Virus record (IMG/VR): IMGVR_UViG_3300022871_000009
Location: 64,001 to 98,577 of that record
Length of the DNA stretch: 34,577 nt
Direction: 5' to 3' (one strand)
From: a virus
Lineage: Duplodnaviria; Heunggongvirae; Uroviricota; Caudoviricetes
Part shown: positions 16,349-26,690 of the stretch, one piece after another
How the letters are laid out: each line of letters opens with the position of its first letter
Numbering within the stretch: position 1 is the stretch's first letter
The notes under the pieces: model-generated
Databases searched by the model: none
The model's input: the letters and a program-made list of their open reading frames with translations, nothing else
What the model was told of the DNA's origin: nothing
Made by a program: the position numbers and the translations under genes

Positions 16349-19300
16349 TTATTTATTACGTAAATTAATTTTGTAAGTAGGCCAACCAGCCAATGAGGAT
16401 AGCGCTTTATTTTTTAGTTCTGATGCAGAATCACTTGATTCAGCTCCTATTGCTGTCTTTCCTCTAAATGCAAAACCAGTCTTTCTTGCCCTATAACTAG
16501 GTACATATGGTAAAACACTTTCTGGTAAAGCTCCTAATGGAGCACTGAATAACGGTGGGACAACAGTCTCGACTCCAGCTTGTGCTGTCCTACCAAATTT
16601 TTCAAGAACCCCCGCATCATCTGCCCATAATTTTTGACCAAAGGCACCTTGTGACTCTCCAGTAAGTAAAGGAAGAATTGCATAATCAAGCATTATCTGA
16701 CCTTCTGGTTGTTTTAAAAATGGTAAAGCATCTAATAACGCAGATGCCTTTCCACTAAATCTATTATCATAAGTTCTCTCTGATGGTTGGAACATATTCA
16801 AAGTATAATAAGGAAGCTTCTCTGCCATATTCAAATAAACAGGATTTTCTTTATAGAAAGGTAATTTAAGCATTCCCTCTCTATCGAGCCAGTTATAGTA
16901 CTTACTATCTAATGCTTCCTTCTCTAATGGAGACTTTTCTCCAGAAATTTCTTTCATTAAAAATCTAACCTTATTAAAATACGCTGGATTATTCACTGCT
17001 GTTTTTGCCGTTATAGCCCCCATACCATAAGCAAAAGAGATAAATGGAGCACCTAAGAGAGGGGTTACACGCATCATCTTTACAAACCCAGGCATAGCTT
17101 GATAATTCATATATATCATAGAAGCTAATTCTGTTGCTTTTGCTGGGCGGAGTTTCCAAACATTCCTACTAGCTTCCTTTATTACATCAGTTTCAGGGAC
17201 ACCGAATGTTCTAGAAAGAATTCTTAACTCTTTTTCTGATATTCCATTCTTTGTTAAATGCAAAGCAAGTCCCAATCTATAAACTTGGTCAACTTTACTA
17301 TAAGCATCCATTGGCTTAGTTAGATACCAGTGCATCCACTTATACATAGGACTCCCTGTTTTTTCTGCTAACGATTCCACTTTCTTAACAAAATCCGTAA
17401 AAGGCCCTGTCAACACCTCTTGAGATAAAAAAGTTGTCGCGACATCGTCACTCATTGCTGCTGTCACAGGAGATACAGCTTCTCTTATCGCTCTATTTTC
17501 TACACCTGACCGAACACCTCCAGTTTTAGAAACTGACTTTCTTAAAGCTCCGTAGTTTGCTGGCATATCTCCTATGTTTACCATCTCTTTAAACATATCC
17601 AAAATCTCATCCCCCTCTTTGTAATATTTACTCATTTTATTTTTATCTCCTTTTCCTATCTTTCCCACTATGTCTGTTATAGCATTTTGTAAATACCTTT
17701 CTCTCTTTAGAATAAATTCAGGCTCTAGTGCAAAAACACCTTTAAATGTAGTTGGGAATTGTTTTATAAATTCACTCCAACCTATATCACCCACCAACTC
17801 ATCTAAAGCTTTCATATCTTTTCCTCTTACAATCTTAGTAGCCTTTCTCATCGCATTAAGATAGTTCATGTTAGCCACATCAATACCTGCCATACCCGTC
17901 ATCACAAGATTGCCTACCAAAGCATTTGATGCAGCGACAGTAAAATTACCTCCAATTTTTGAAGTCTTAAACAAACCTATGTAATTAGCGTATGCCTTAA
18001 GAACTTTCCGTCCTTTAGGTGACTCTATTATGGCACTCATTGCCTCATCAAATCTTTTCACACCTGTTTTAGAATATATTTCAGACAATTTTGCCTTGTC
18101 GAATTTAATTGCATCTTCAGCTGATAAAGTTTCTACAGCACCGTCTAAATCATTTTTTAAACTCTTTTTAAAAATCTTATCGGACCCTGATTCTTTTCTC
18201 AATCTTACTATGTTTTCAGCACTACTAGCAGAACGAACCTTTTCTGGATTTGCAGAAATATAAAGTCCTTCTCCAATTTCTTTTCCAACAACCTTATCTG
18301 AAACACTAGCCTTTGTTTTGATGTTATCTGCTTTAAGTAAATCACCAAATAAATTATCAGAAGACCCAGAAAGAGTACCCTTTCCTACTGAATTACTAAT
18401 TTCTACTAAATCGTCTACTTCATCAAGAGCTTTTATGTCTTTTCCCATGCTATTCACAAACCATTCTTTTGCATCTCCCTTTGCAAAATCTAAAAATTCT
18501 TTACCTTTTTCTGTTTTTGAAAGTTCTCTTGAAACTTTATCAATAAAATGTTCTCTACCAGAATAATGACCCAACATATCCATCCATGTCTTATTTGTTA
18601 ATATTTCAAATTCTGTTCTACCAACATCAGCCGCCATAGAAACTTTTTTATATAACTCTGGTAACTTTCCAGCGTTTGTCATGCTAAAAGCACGTTTAGT
18701 CAAACCAGGTACAAGTCTACCTGCAGTTTCAGCTTTTTGAAGTAATCCTGATTTAGCTGCTATTTTAGCCCCCTTCACCATACCAGTACCTGTTGTAATC
18801 CCAGCCTTAGCGCCTACAGCAACCCTAGGAATAAGTGCAGTCGTACCTGCAAAAGCCCAATTAATTGGGTCTAAGGCAATATCCAAAGCAAAACCAAGAG
18901 GAGCCGAGACTAAATTAGACAAACCGTAACTTCTGAGAATATCTCCATAAGTACCTTCCTCGTCCACATTTGCAGCAATGTTAGATAACAAACCAGACTT
19001 AGTTCCTTTACCAAGCAGATGTTCAGCAACTCCCGCACCAGCTGACATAGGAGCACCTAGAGTTTTGAGTGTTCCACGAAGAAGACCTTGCTTTTTGTCT
19101 TCTTTTTTTTCACTACTACTATACCACTTCTGCTTCAATGCATCCGATTCACTTCTTCCAGACTGTTCTTCGGCTGCGATTAACTTCTTTTGAAGAGAAA
19201 TATCTTTTTGTGTAGGTTTTACGCCAGGAGTATAGGCAGTAGAGGACTTTTTTAGCAATCCTTTGTACTTTTTTATCTCGTTTTCAAAGTTTGATGCCAT
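16349..19300 (-). CDS. Large helical protein, probable internal virion / DNA-ejection protein
   Basis: 983 aa, Lys/Ala/Gly-rich, amphipathic helical segments; first gene after the promoter at 19362. Confidence 0.5.
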   Translation of the reverse strand: MASNFENEIKKYKGLLKKSSTAYTPGVKPTQKDISLQKKLIAAEEQSGRSESDALKQKWYSSSEKKEDKKQGLLRGTLKTLGAPMSAGAGVAEHLLGKGTKSGLLSNIAANVDEEGTYGDILRSYGLSNLVSAPLGFALDIALDPINWAFAGTTALIPRVAVGAKAGITTGTGMVKGAKIAAKSGLLQKAETAGRLVPGLTKRAFSMTNAGKLPELYKKVSMAADVGRTEFEILTNKTWMDMLGHYSGREHFIDKVSRELSKTEKGKEFLDFAKGDAKEWFVNSMGKDIKALDEVDDLVEISNSVGKGTLSGSSDNLFGDLLKADNIKTKASVSDKVVGKEIGEGLYISANPEKVRSASSAENIVRLRKESGSDKIFKKSLKNDLDGAVETLSAEDAIKFDKAKLSEIYSKTGVKRFDEAMSAIIESPKGRKVLKAYANYIGLFKTSKIGGNFTVAASNALVGNLVMTGMAGIDVANMNYLNAMRKATKIVRGKDMKALDELVGDIGWSEFIKQFPTTFKGVFALEPEFILKRERYLQNAITDIVGKIGKGDKNKMSKYYKEGDEILDMFKEMVNIGDMPANYGALRKSVSKTGGVRSGVENRAIREAVSPVTAAMSDDVATTFLSQEVLTGPFTDFVKKVESLAEKTGSPMYKWMHWYLTKPMDAYSKVDQVYRLGLALHLTKNGISEKELRILSRTFGVPETDVIKEASRNVWKLRPAKATELASMIYMNYQAMPGFVKMMRVTPLLGAPFISFAYGMGAITAKTAVNNPAYFNKVRFLMKEISGEKSPLEKEALDSKYYNWLDREGMLKLPFYKENPVYLNMAEKLPYYTLNMFQPSERTYDNRFSGKASALLDALPFLKQPEGQIMLDYAILPLLTGESQGAFGQKLWADDAGVLEKFGRTAQAGVETVVPPLFSAPLGALPESVLPYVPSYRARKTGFAFRGKTAIGAESSDSASELKNKALSSLAGWPTYKINLRNK

Positions 19301-19361
19301 ATTTTGATGTAAAAATGCAAAAACTTGGTAATTTTTGCTTTAATTTGTTATTTTCTAATAT

Positions 19362-19376
19362 AATTATATCATAAGT
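19362..19376 (-). promoter_or_regulatory. Putative late promoter (extended -10)
   Basis: Minus strand ACTTATGATATAATT; immediately downstream of the terminator at 19392. Confidence 0.6.
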
Positions 19377-19391
19377 ACCAAACAAGTAATC

Positions 19392-19416
19392 AAAAAACAG
19401 CACAATCGTGCTGTTT
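19392..19416 (-). terminator. Intrinsic terminator ending the groES-groEL...HicB-like transcript
   Basis: AAACAGCAC-AATC-GTGCTGTTT stem; T-run follows on the minus strand. Confidence 0.75.
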
Positions 19417-19455
19417 CTTCGTTCTACGCAAGCCCACTTAAACGTGAACGCTATT

Positions 19456-19698
19456 TTAACCAAGTCTTAAAAGCTGATGCCAGAATCTACTCCACCGACT
19501 ACAAGGAATTTCCTTTACAGTCAAAAAGCAATCTGCTGTCATCTTAAAAATGTCTTCTTCCGAACTACCGTAGGTATTATAGTTGCCGCCCTCATTGTCT
19601 ATCAATGAAGCTGCATAATAGTCACTACCATCATCTTCGTCTCTCCTTTTGTCGATTGTAAATTCGTAGCGTCCTTCTATCATATGTTTATTCTTCAA
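19456..19698 (-). CDS. HicB-like antitoxin-fold protein
   Basis: YEFTIDKRRDEDDGSDYYAASL...YNTYGSSEEDIFKMTADCF matches the HicB N-terminal pattern (..DEDG.Y.A...G..T.G....EA). Confidence 0.55.
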   Translation of the reverse strand: MKNKHMIEGRYEFTIDKRRDEDDGSDYYAASLIDNEGGNYNTYGSSEEDIFKMTADCFLTVKEIPCSRWSRFWHQLLRLG

Positions 19699-20056
19699 TT
19701 TCTAAACGCACCCTTACGCCCAATGCAGCGCAGTACTTTTCTAAAGTAGAAATGGTGGGGTTAGAAAATAAATAATTCTCTGTCTCGTTGACAGTTTTCA
19801 GGTCCACGTGCATCAGACGTGATACCTTCTCCTTACTGATTCCTTTTTTCTTTCTAATCTTTCTCAAATCAGACTGAAATTGACTGAAGTCCGTAGGCCA
19901 TTCGCTCTTTCCACATTCTGTACAGCAAAGCTCTACATGGAAGCTCTTATTTTTTAATCTAAAATTATGTGGTCCTTTAGTTTTTTTACAAATTGTAGGA
20001 TTCCAGCGACGCCTCTTTCCTTTCAAGATTCTGTCGCCATACTCATCATGTTTCAT
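19688..20056 (-). CDS. Zn-ribbon plus XRE-family HTH protein
   Basis: C-terminal LRKIRKKKGISKEKVSRLMHV...NPTISTLEKYCAALG; N-terminal C/H/CCTEC cluster. Confidence 0.75.
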   Translation of the reverse strand: MKHDEYGDRILKGKRRRWNPTICKKTKGPHNFRLKNKSFHVELCCTECGKSEWPTDFSQFQSDLRKIRKKKGISKEKVSRLMHVDLKTVNETENYLFSNPTISTLEKYCAALGVRVRLEIEE

Positions 20057-20148
20057 AAATCTTTTGGTTAATTCAATTAAGCCATATTACTGGGTTAAGA
20101 ATTATTGCCCTCCTCTACATTCCCAGGAGGCAACCCTGGCAACGCCTA

Positions 20149-20439
20149 TTATTTGTCTTTGAAAAAATCTTTCATCTTCTTGACTGGCAAGAAAGTTATT
20201 CGTTTCGATTCTGGGGCAATGTCCATTGCCTGTTTAGATACATTGAAGTATCTCTTCGGGCGCACGTTCTTCAACTTGAAAGTGCCGAGCTCTGGCAACT
20301 GGATTTGTCCGTTCTTCTTGAGCTCATGGATTATGTGTTTAACTAAACCATAATAAAACCTCATGGATGAGTCAGTGTCTGCTACGCCGCAGGCGGCAGA
20401 CAATTCACGGAATAAATCTTTTCTAGGTGCTATTCCCAT
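20149..20439 (-). CDS. HU/IHF-family DNA-binding protein
   Basis: 96 aa; GQIQLPELGTFKLKNVRPKRYFN...ITFLPVKKMKD matches Bac_DNA_binding arm motifs. Confidence 0.85.
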   Translation of the reverse strand: MGIAPRKDLFRELSAACGVADTDSSMRFYYGLVKHIIHELKKNGQIQLPELGTFKLKNVRPKRYFNVSKQAMDIAPESKRITFLPVKKMKDFFKDK

Positions 20440-20443
20440 ATCT

Positions 20444-21325
20444 TTATTTTACCCCCTTCACAATATCTTCAGAGATATTGTTAAAGGTTTCTTCACCAAT
20501 CACACCTTTGAGCAAATCAATATCTTTGTGTGTGATAATAAGTAGTCGGCTATTACTAGCTTGCATGTGACCAAGTACAGTCGGTGCAAAGATATCTTCC
20601 GGAACCTTCTGTTTGTACATTTCTAGCAAAGCAGCGAAATCTTTTATCAAGCAATGTCCACCGGCACCTCTACCATTCTTATCTATAGGGTTAGTATGTA
20701 CTGGATGGATTCTACTATCTCCCAGAACTATCTCTCTTACTTTCTCCCACTCACAATCATACTTGTTGCACAAGTTATACATCATGTTGAAGAAATTATT
20801 TTTTGCAAAGAAGAAACAATTCCCTATATATTTTACCAATGTAGATTCTTCGTAAGTACACACAGTCTCATGTTTTGCTTTCGGAAGTATAGCCATTATT
20901 GTTCCAGCTAGTAACACCAATCCTTCGTCCTTCGTGTCTGACACCCCGATAATATTTCTTTCTGGTTCATCTGTATCTTTCTTAGCTGTGTCTTCTGACA
21001 AGAACTCAGGACAATGCATAAAAGTCTTCTTAGGATACTTTTCCTGTAGACTACGCATTGTTTCGGGTAGGACTGTAGATTTAATCAGCACTGTGCAGCC
21101 GCTAGGAGGTATCTCAGCGACTTCCTGCAAGATACTGTCATCGAACCCGTCTTTGGTAGTGGGGGTCGGTACAGCGACGAATATGACGTCACAGGATGCT
21201 AAGGCATCTTTGTTCTCAGCAAACTTGTCGTTGTCATAGCGAACTATGTCAGCATAGCCACGCTCCTCGAAGTTATCTGCTAGGTTTCCTCCGATGAAAC
21301 CCTGACCTATAAAACCTATCTTCAT
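20444..21325 (-). CDS. ugd: UDP-glucose/GDP-mannose dehydrogenase family protein lacking the C-terminal domain
   Basis: GFIGQGFIG Rossmann motif, VPTP, KSTVLP, PEFLSE, KYIGNCFFFAKNNFFN, catalytic GGHCLIKD; only 293 aa. Confidence 0.85.
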   Translation of the reverse strand: MKIGFIGQGFIGGNLADNFEERGYADIVRYDNDKFAENKDALASCDVIFVAVPTPTTKDGFDDSILQEVAEIPPSGCTVLIKSTVLPETMRSLQEKYPKKTFMHCPEFLSEDTAKKDTDEPERNIIGVSDTKDEGLVLLAGTIMAILPKAKHETVCTYEESTLVKYIGNCFFFAKNNFFNMMYNLCNKYDCEWEKVREIVLGDSRIHPVHTNPIDKNGRGAGGHCLIKDFAALLEMYKQKVPEDIFAPTVLGHMQASNSRLLIITHKDIDLLKGVIGEETFNNISEDIVKGVK

Positions 21326-21341
21326 ATATTTATAGTTAATA

Positions 21342-23272
<1,931 letters not shown>

Positions 23273-23275
23273 ATT

Positions 23276-24028
23276 CTAGAAAATGTTAAAATGATTATGA
23301 CTAAATTTATTAAATACTTCTTCTGGAACGTCATAGCCACACTGTTCACATTTTACACACATATTACTCGCAGATATTACCCACTGCCTATGTTTACATT
23401 CAGAACACATAATATTTGATTTCTTACCTTTTTGTTGCAAAACGTATTCCTCAAAAGTGTTTACCTTTTTAGGCTTTGCTAGCATTGCTAATTCTTGTTC
23501 TAGTCTGGCAATCCTCAATCTACTTTCAGCAGCTTCTTGTTCAATATGATTTGATGTAGTAGTGGATGTGACAAAAGGCCCATCAGGAGGGCACGGCATG
23601 TCCGCTTCGTTGATGGATTTGCAAGCCGCATCAAAAAAATTGTCAGTAGACATTTTAGGGGCAACGCCGTCGCTACACCATGATGACGATGAGTCCTTAG
23701 GCAGGTTGCTGGCAGATACAAAACCATCAGAACGAGCACCTGACCCAGCCGCCTTATACATCTCGTAAAAAGAACTACCTCCACTGGGGGTAGAGGTTAT
23801 TGTAACTGTGCTGTCGTCTTTTCCTTTACCTGCTAAATCTATACAGGAATCCATGTTCCTAGTAACAGAACTAGGACGACTTCCTTGAGTAAAGGCCTTC
23901 AACCATCTTTCATTCTCAGCCTCTTCGGCTATTCTAGCAATCTCCTCCTCATCCTCCCAATCTCTTTTCACCTGACCAGCTGAATTGTCTTTTATAAATT
24001 TGTCTCCTACGTCAACTATTTTATTCAT
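23276..24028 (-). CDS. Hypothetical protein, low-complexity centre and C-terminal Zn ribbon
   Basis: ATG at 24028 (track TTG 24034); CSECKH...CEQCG. Confidence 0.7.
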   Translation of the reverse strand: MNKIVDVGDKFIKDNSAGQVKRDWEDEEEIARIAEEAENERWLKAFTQGSRPSSVTRNMDSCIDLAGKGKDDSTVTITSTPSGGSSFYEMYKAAGSGARSDGFVSASNLPKDSSSSWCSDGVAPKMSTDNFFDAACKSINEADMPCPPDGPFVTSTTTSNHIEQEAAESRLRIARLEQELAMLAKPKKVNTFEEYVLQQKGKKSNIMCSECKHRQWVISASNMCVKCEQCGYDVPEEVFNKFSHNHFNIF

Positions 24029-24044
24029 AAACAATATTTAATTA

Positions 24045-24166
24045 GCAACATGCCAAGGGAAGAAGTCAACTCTCGAAACAACCGTCACTCAGGTAGGGGT
24101 CGATTCCATCTGAAGGATTGGGCTGTCGGTTCTCGAGTCAACGGTCTTCCCTAGCTATATTGTTGC
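24045..24166 (-). ncRNA. ~120-nt rod-like structured leader / sRNA candidate
   Basis: 5' GCAACA pairs with 3' UGUUGC; AGGGAAGA/UCUUCCCU perfect 8 bp; further stems with G-U pairs favouring the minus strand; begins at the predicted TSS of the promoter. Confidence 0.55.
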
Positions 24167-24170
24167 CTAT

Positions 24171-24199
24171 ATTATACCACATATGTGCTCACTTGTCAA
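24171..24199 (-). promoter_or_regulatory. Consensus sigma70 promoter
   Basis: TTGACA-17 bp-TATAAT with TG extended -10 (TTGACAAGTGAGCACATATGTGGTATAAT). Confidence 0.9.
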
Positions 24200-24474
24200 G
24201 TGCATAACTCAAAAAATGGTGGGGATTTTTTTTGAATGTAGCAAATTGTAATATGCAGTTTGTAGTGGGGGCGGGGGTTAGGGTGTAGGATGCAGAATGG
24301 AAAACTTTATCTGTGGCTTTTAGGGTAGAATTGAAAAATGAAGTAAAAAAGTAGGTGGGTCCCTATACTATAGTATCTGAAGAAAAGTATGAGTCCCAAA
24401 TGGAATCACTCCCCCCTACCCCCAATAGACAATATAAAAACTATATCGCTGTACTTATTTATTCATCTAACCAC

Positions 24475-24651
24475 ATGCCTATGTACCCTTTAGCTTTAGT
24501 GTCATACTCTGGCACTGCAAAAGACCTTCGTTCACAGCTAGCAGTCGGCTTACTATCAACAGCCGAACAGAGAGCAGCCGAAGAGGCTGAGTCAACAGAG
24601 GACATCGATACAGCATTGCATCATGCACTTGCATGGTTACAAGCTATATAA
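24475..24651 (+). CDS. Small hypothetical protein (58 aa)
   Basis: ATG start within track ORF 24355-24651, preceded by TTTATTCATCTAAC resembling other early-gene leaders. Confidence 0.45.
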   Translation: MPMYPLALVSYSGTAKDLRSQLAVGLLSTAEQRAAEEAESTEDIDTALHHALAWLQAI

Positions 24652-24704
24652 AAACTATACTCACGAGCTATCATTAGCTCATTTATTATTAACCATATAA
24701 TCAT

Positions 24705-24974
24705 ATGGCAGTCAAAAGAGAAGAGCCTCAAGTACAAACAGAAACACCTCAAATCAAGAGAGATTTCAAGAGAGATTTCATTGGCAAGGCCTGGTTGAAC
24801 AAAGTACTCAAAGGTGAACACGAAGGTACAGAGTATATCAACCTCACACTGGATAACAACATCCAAGAGGTTACTATCGAGAAGGGCAATAGATTGTTAC
24901 TATGGCCTAATGAGAAGCGTGAAGGCAAGCAAGATGCTGACTTCCGTGTGTCTCTCGTACAAACAGCCGCTTAG
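24705..24974 (+). CDS. DUF736-like small protein (possible nucleic-acid binding)
   Basis: IGKAW...YINLTLD...LLLWPNEKREGKQDADFRV pattern. Confidence 0.5.
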   Translation: MAVKREEPQVQTETPQIKRDFKRDFIGKAWLNKVLKGEHEGTEYINLTLDNNIQEVTIEKGNRLLLWPNEKREGKQDADFRVSLVQTAA

Positions 24975-24986
24975 TCACCGGTTCAC

Positions 24987-25017
24987 AGGCAGTAGGCCGC
25001 CTTTCGGTCTACTGCCT
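24987..25017 (+). terminator. GC-rich hairpin, possible terminator
   Basis: AGGCAGTAG/CTACTGCCT stem plus GCC/GGT; weak U tail. Confidence 0.5.
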
Positions 25018-25046
25018 AATTAATTCTAACATAATCCCATGCTTTT

Positions 25047-25199
25047 ATGTTAAACGCAACACAGTATATTGTCGTAAACCTCGACAATAAAGAAGAGAAT
25101 AACTACAACACAATGGACGAGGCTAGAAGAGCTCTAGTATACCTACTCACACTAGGCTACGGAGCTTACATAGTTACTCTACCTCTCCACCAGGTGTAG
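25047..25199 (+). CDS. Small hypothetical protein (50 aa)
   Basis: Manual translation MLNATQYIVVNLDNKEENNYNTMDEARRALVYLLTLGYGAYIVTLPLHQV; A/C-ending codons like its neighbours. Confidence 0.55.
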   Translation: MLNATQYIVVNLDNKEENNYNTMDEARRALVYLLTLGYGAYIVTLPLHQV

Positions 25200-25328
25200 C
25201 TTAACAGCTCACTGGTGAGGGTCCAACATGAATTTGAGTTGAGAGTTTCAATATCTTCCTTAATGGTGGTCAAGCGTTTCGCAGTATCGTATAAAGAACT
25301 GTACAACTTGTGTGAATTATAAGATAGC

Positions 25329-25353
25329 AGACAGCCCTTCGGGCTGTCTTTTG
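25329..25353 (+). terminator. Intrinsic terminator
   Basis: AGACAGCCC-TTC-GGGCTGTCT followed by a T-run. Confidence 0.8.
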
Positions 25354-25572
25354 TCGTGCTTACTACACAATGTAGAGTGTAGTATGAAGATATGTAGTTG
25401 AATATGTGAAATGTGTATGTAAAGAAGTAGGTGTTGAGAGACGCTCATACATATACGCATTTTAGCTAGAAAACCCGCCTCACGGCGATTTCAACCAATT
25501 ACAGCCAAACTAATCCACAAAGAGAACCTTTATTACAACAACCTCAAGTTTAAATAATTTAATAACCACTAT

Positions 25573-25890
25573 ATGAAGAAACACATAACAAAAAAACAAT
25601 GGGATGAATTAACTGACGAACAAAAATTAAAATGGGTAGAATTTGATGATACTCATCTTGTGGAGAATGGTTGGGATAAATTTATGTTAGTAACACATAT
25701 AAACCAGTGTACAACAGCAAAACCAAACATAGGTCAAATGATAGAGTTCTTGGGTAAGGATTTAGGAACTGATAACAAAATTTTCCACATATATGATTAT
25801 GATAAATTCAGAGAATGGAGATTCAAGCTACCATTTAGAGAAGAAATATGTGACGCTCTATGGGAAACAGTTAAAGAGAAACTACAATAA
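25573..25890 (+). CDS. Hypothetical phage protein
   Basis: 105 aa; HITKKQWDEL...IGQMIEFL...ICDALW. Confidence 0.75.
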   Translation: MKKHITKKQWDELTDEQKLKWVEFDDTHLVENGWDKFMLVTHINQCTTAKPNIGQMIEFLGKDLGTDNKIFHIYDYDKFREWRFKLPFREEICDALWETVKEKLQ

Positions 25891-25891
25891 T

Positions 25892-26021
25892 ATGCAAATA
25901 GTGGAAACTAGATGACTCAAAAGGTAGAGGAGAACTTATTCCTATATGGTCTAAATGGAACAAAGAACTAGATAAATACTGGAACTCTCTACCTGTACCC
26001 AAAAGAAAAGACTTGTTCTAA
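25892..26021 (+). pseudogene. Frameshifted small ORF
   Basis: ATG CAA ATA GTG GAA A CTA GAT GAC...: removing one A gives MQIVELDDSKGRGELIPIWSKWNKELDKYWNSLPVPKRKDLF. Confidence 0.35.
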
Positions 26022-26058
26022 TTCAATAGCCATCCTAACGGCTAATCAACACTAACCT

Positions 26059-26328
26059 ATGAAATCATACAAAATAATACTCATAGCAACACTAAAAAGC
26101 ACACTAACCGATAAACAACTAAGGGACAAAATAGCTCTATGTCTCTACGACACACAAACACAAGAAAGCAAACAAGACGGAGTAGACAGTGAGCTCGAGA
26201 TTTTAGACTACATAGACACTGAGGTATACCCAATGAGCTGGTTTGACTTCATAGACACAAATACATCAGATGTAGATATTCTATCTACATTACTAGATAA
26301 TGAATTAAACTTATCTCCCACAGATTAA
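26059..26328 (+). CDS. Hypothetical protein
   Basis: 89 aa, region-typical codon use. Confidence 0.7.
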   Translation: MKSYKIILIATLKSTLTDKQLRDKIALCLYDTQTQESKQDGVDSELEILDYIDTEVYPMSWFDFIDTNTSDVDILSTLLDNELNLSPTD

Positions 26329-26329
26329 A

Positions 26330-26354
26330 CCAGCCACTCCTCCAATTCATCAAC
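26330..26354 (+). repeat. Early-region leader motif, copy 1
   Basis: CCAGCCACTCCTCCAATTCATCAAC, 9 nt before ATG 26364. Confidence 0.85.
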
Positions 26355-26363
26355 CAATAACAT

Positions 26364-26561
26364 ATGCTCACCTTACTCGCATTCATAATAGCAGGATTAG
26401 GTATAGTATTATTCGCAGTAATACTAGCAGTAACCACAACAAAAACTATGGACAAATACCCAGAACTAACAACGACAGCAAGCAGCAAAACAACTATAGA
26501 AGACCCAGACCTAGACATTAAGAGGCACTCCCTTAGAGAGGGAGATACTAATAGATATTAA
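26364..26561 (+). CDS. Small protein with N-terminal TM helix
   Basis: 65 aa; LLAFIIAGLGIVLFAVILAV. Confidence 0.7.
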   Translation: MLTLLAFIIAGLGIVLFAVILAVTTTKTMDKYPELTTTASSKTTIEDPDLDIKRHSLREGDTNRY

Positions 26562-26580
26562 TACTCTCCTACGGGATATA

Positions 26581-26609
26581 CCAGCCACTCCTCCAATTAA
26601 TTCATCAAC
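26581..26609 (+). repeat. Early-region leader motif, copy 2
   Basis: CCAGCCACTCCTCCAATTAATTCATCAAC; first 18 nt identical to copy 1. Confidence 0.85.
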
Positions 26610-26690
26610 ACAAAACATGATGAGATAGCAGAAATACAAAGTATTATCAAAGACTTAGAATAATAATAAACATAGAATAATAATAAACAT

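Noticed and set aside
24754-24780. 12-bp tandem duplication (KRDF KRDF) in the DUF736-like gene
   Set aside because: Small in-frame slippage in a disordered N-terminus; no sign of function
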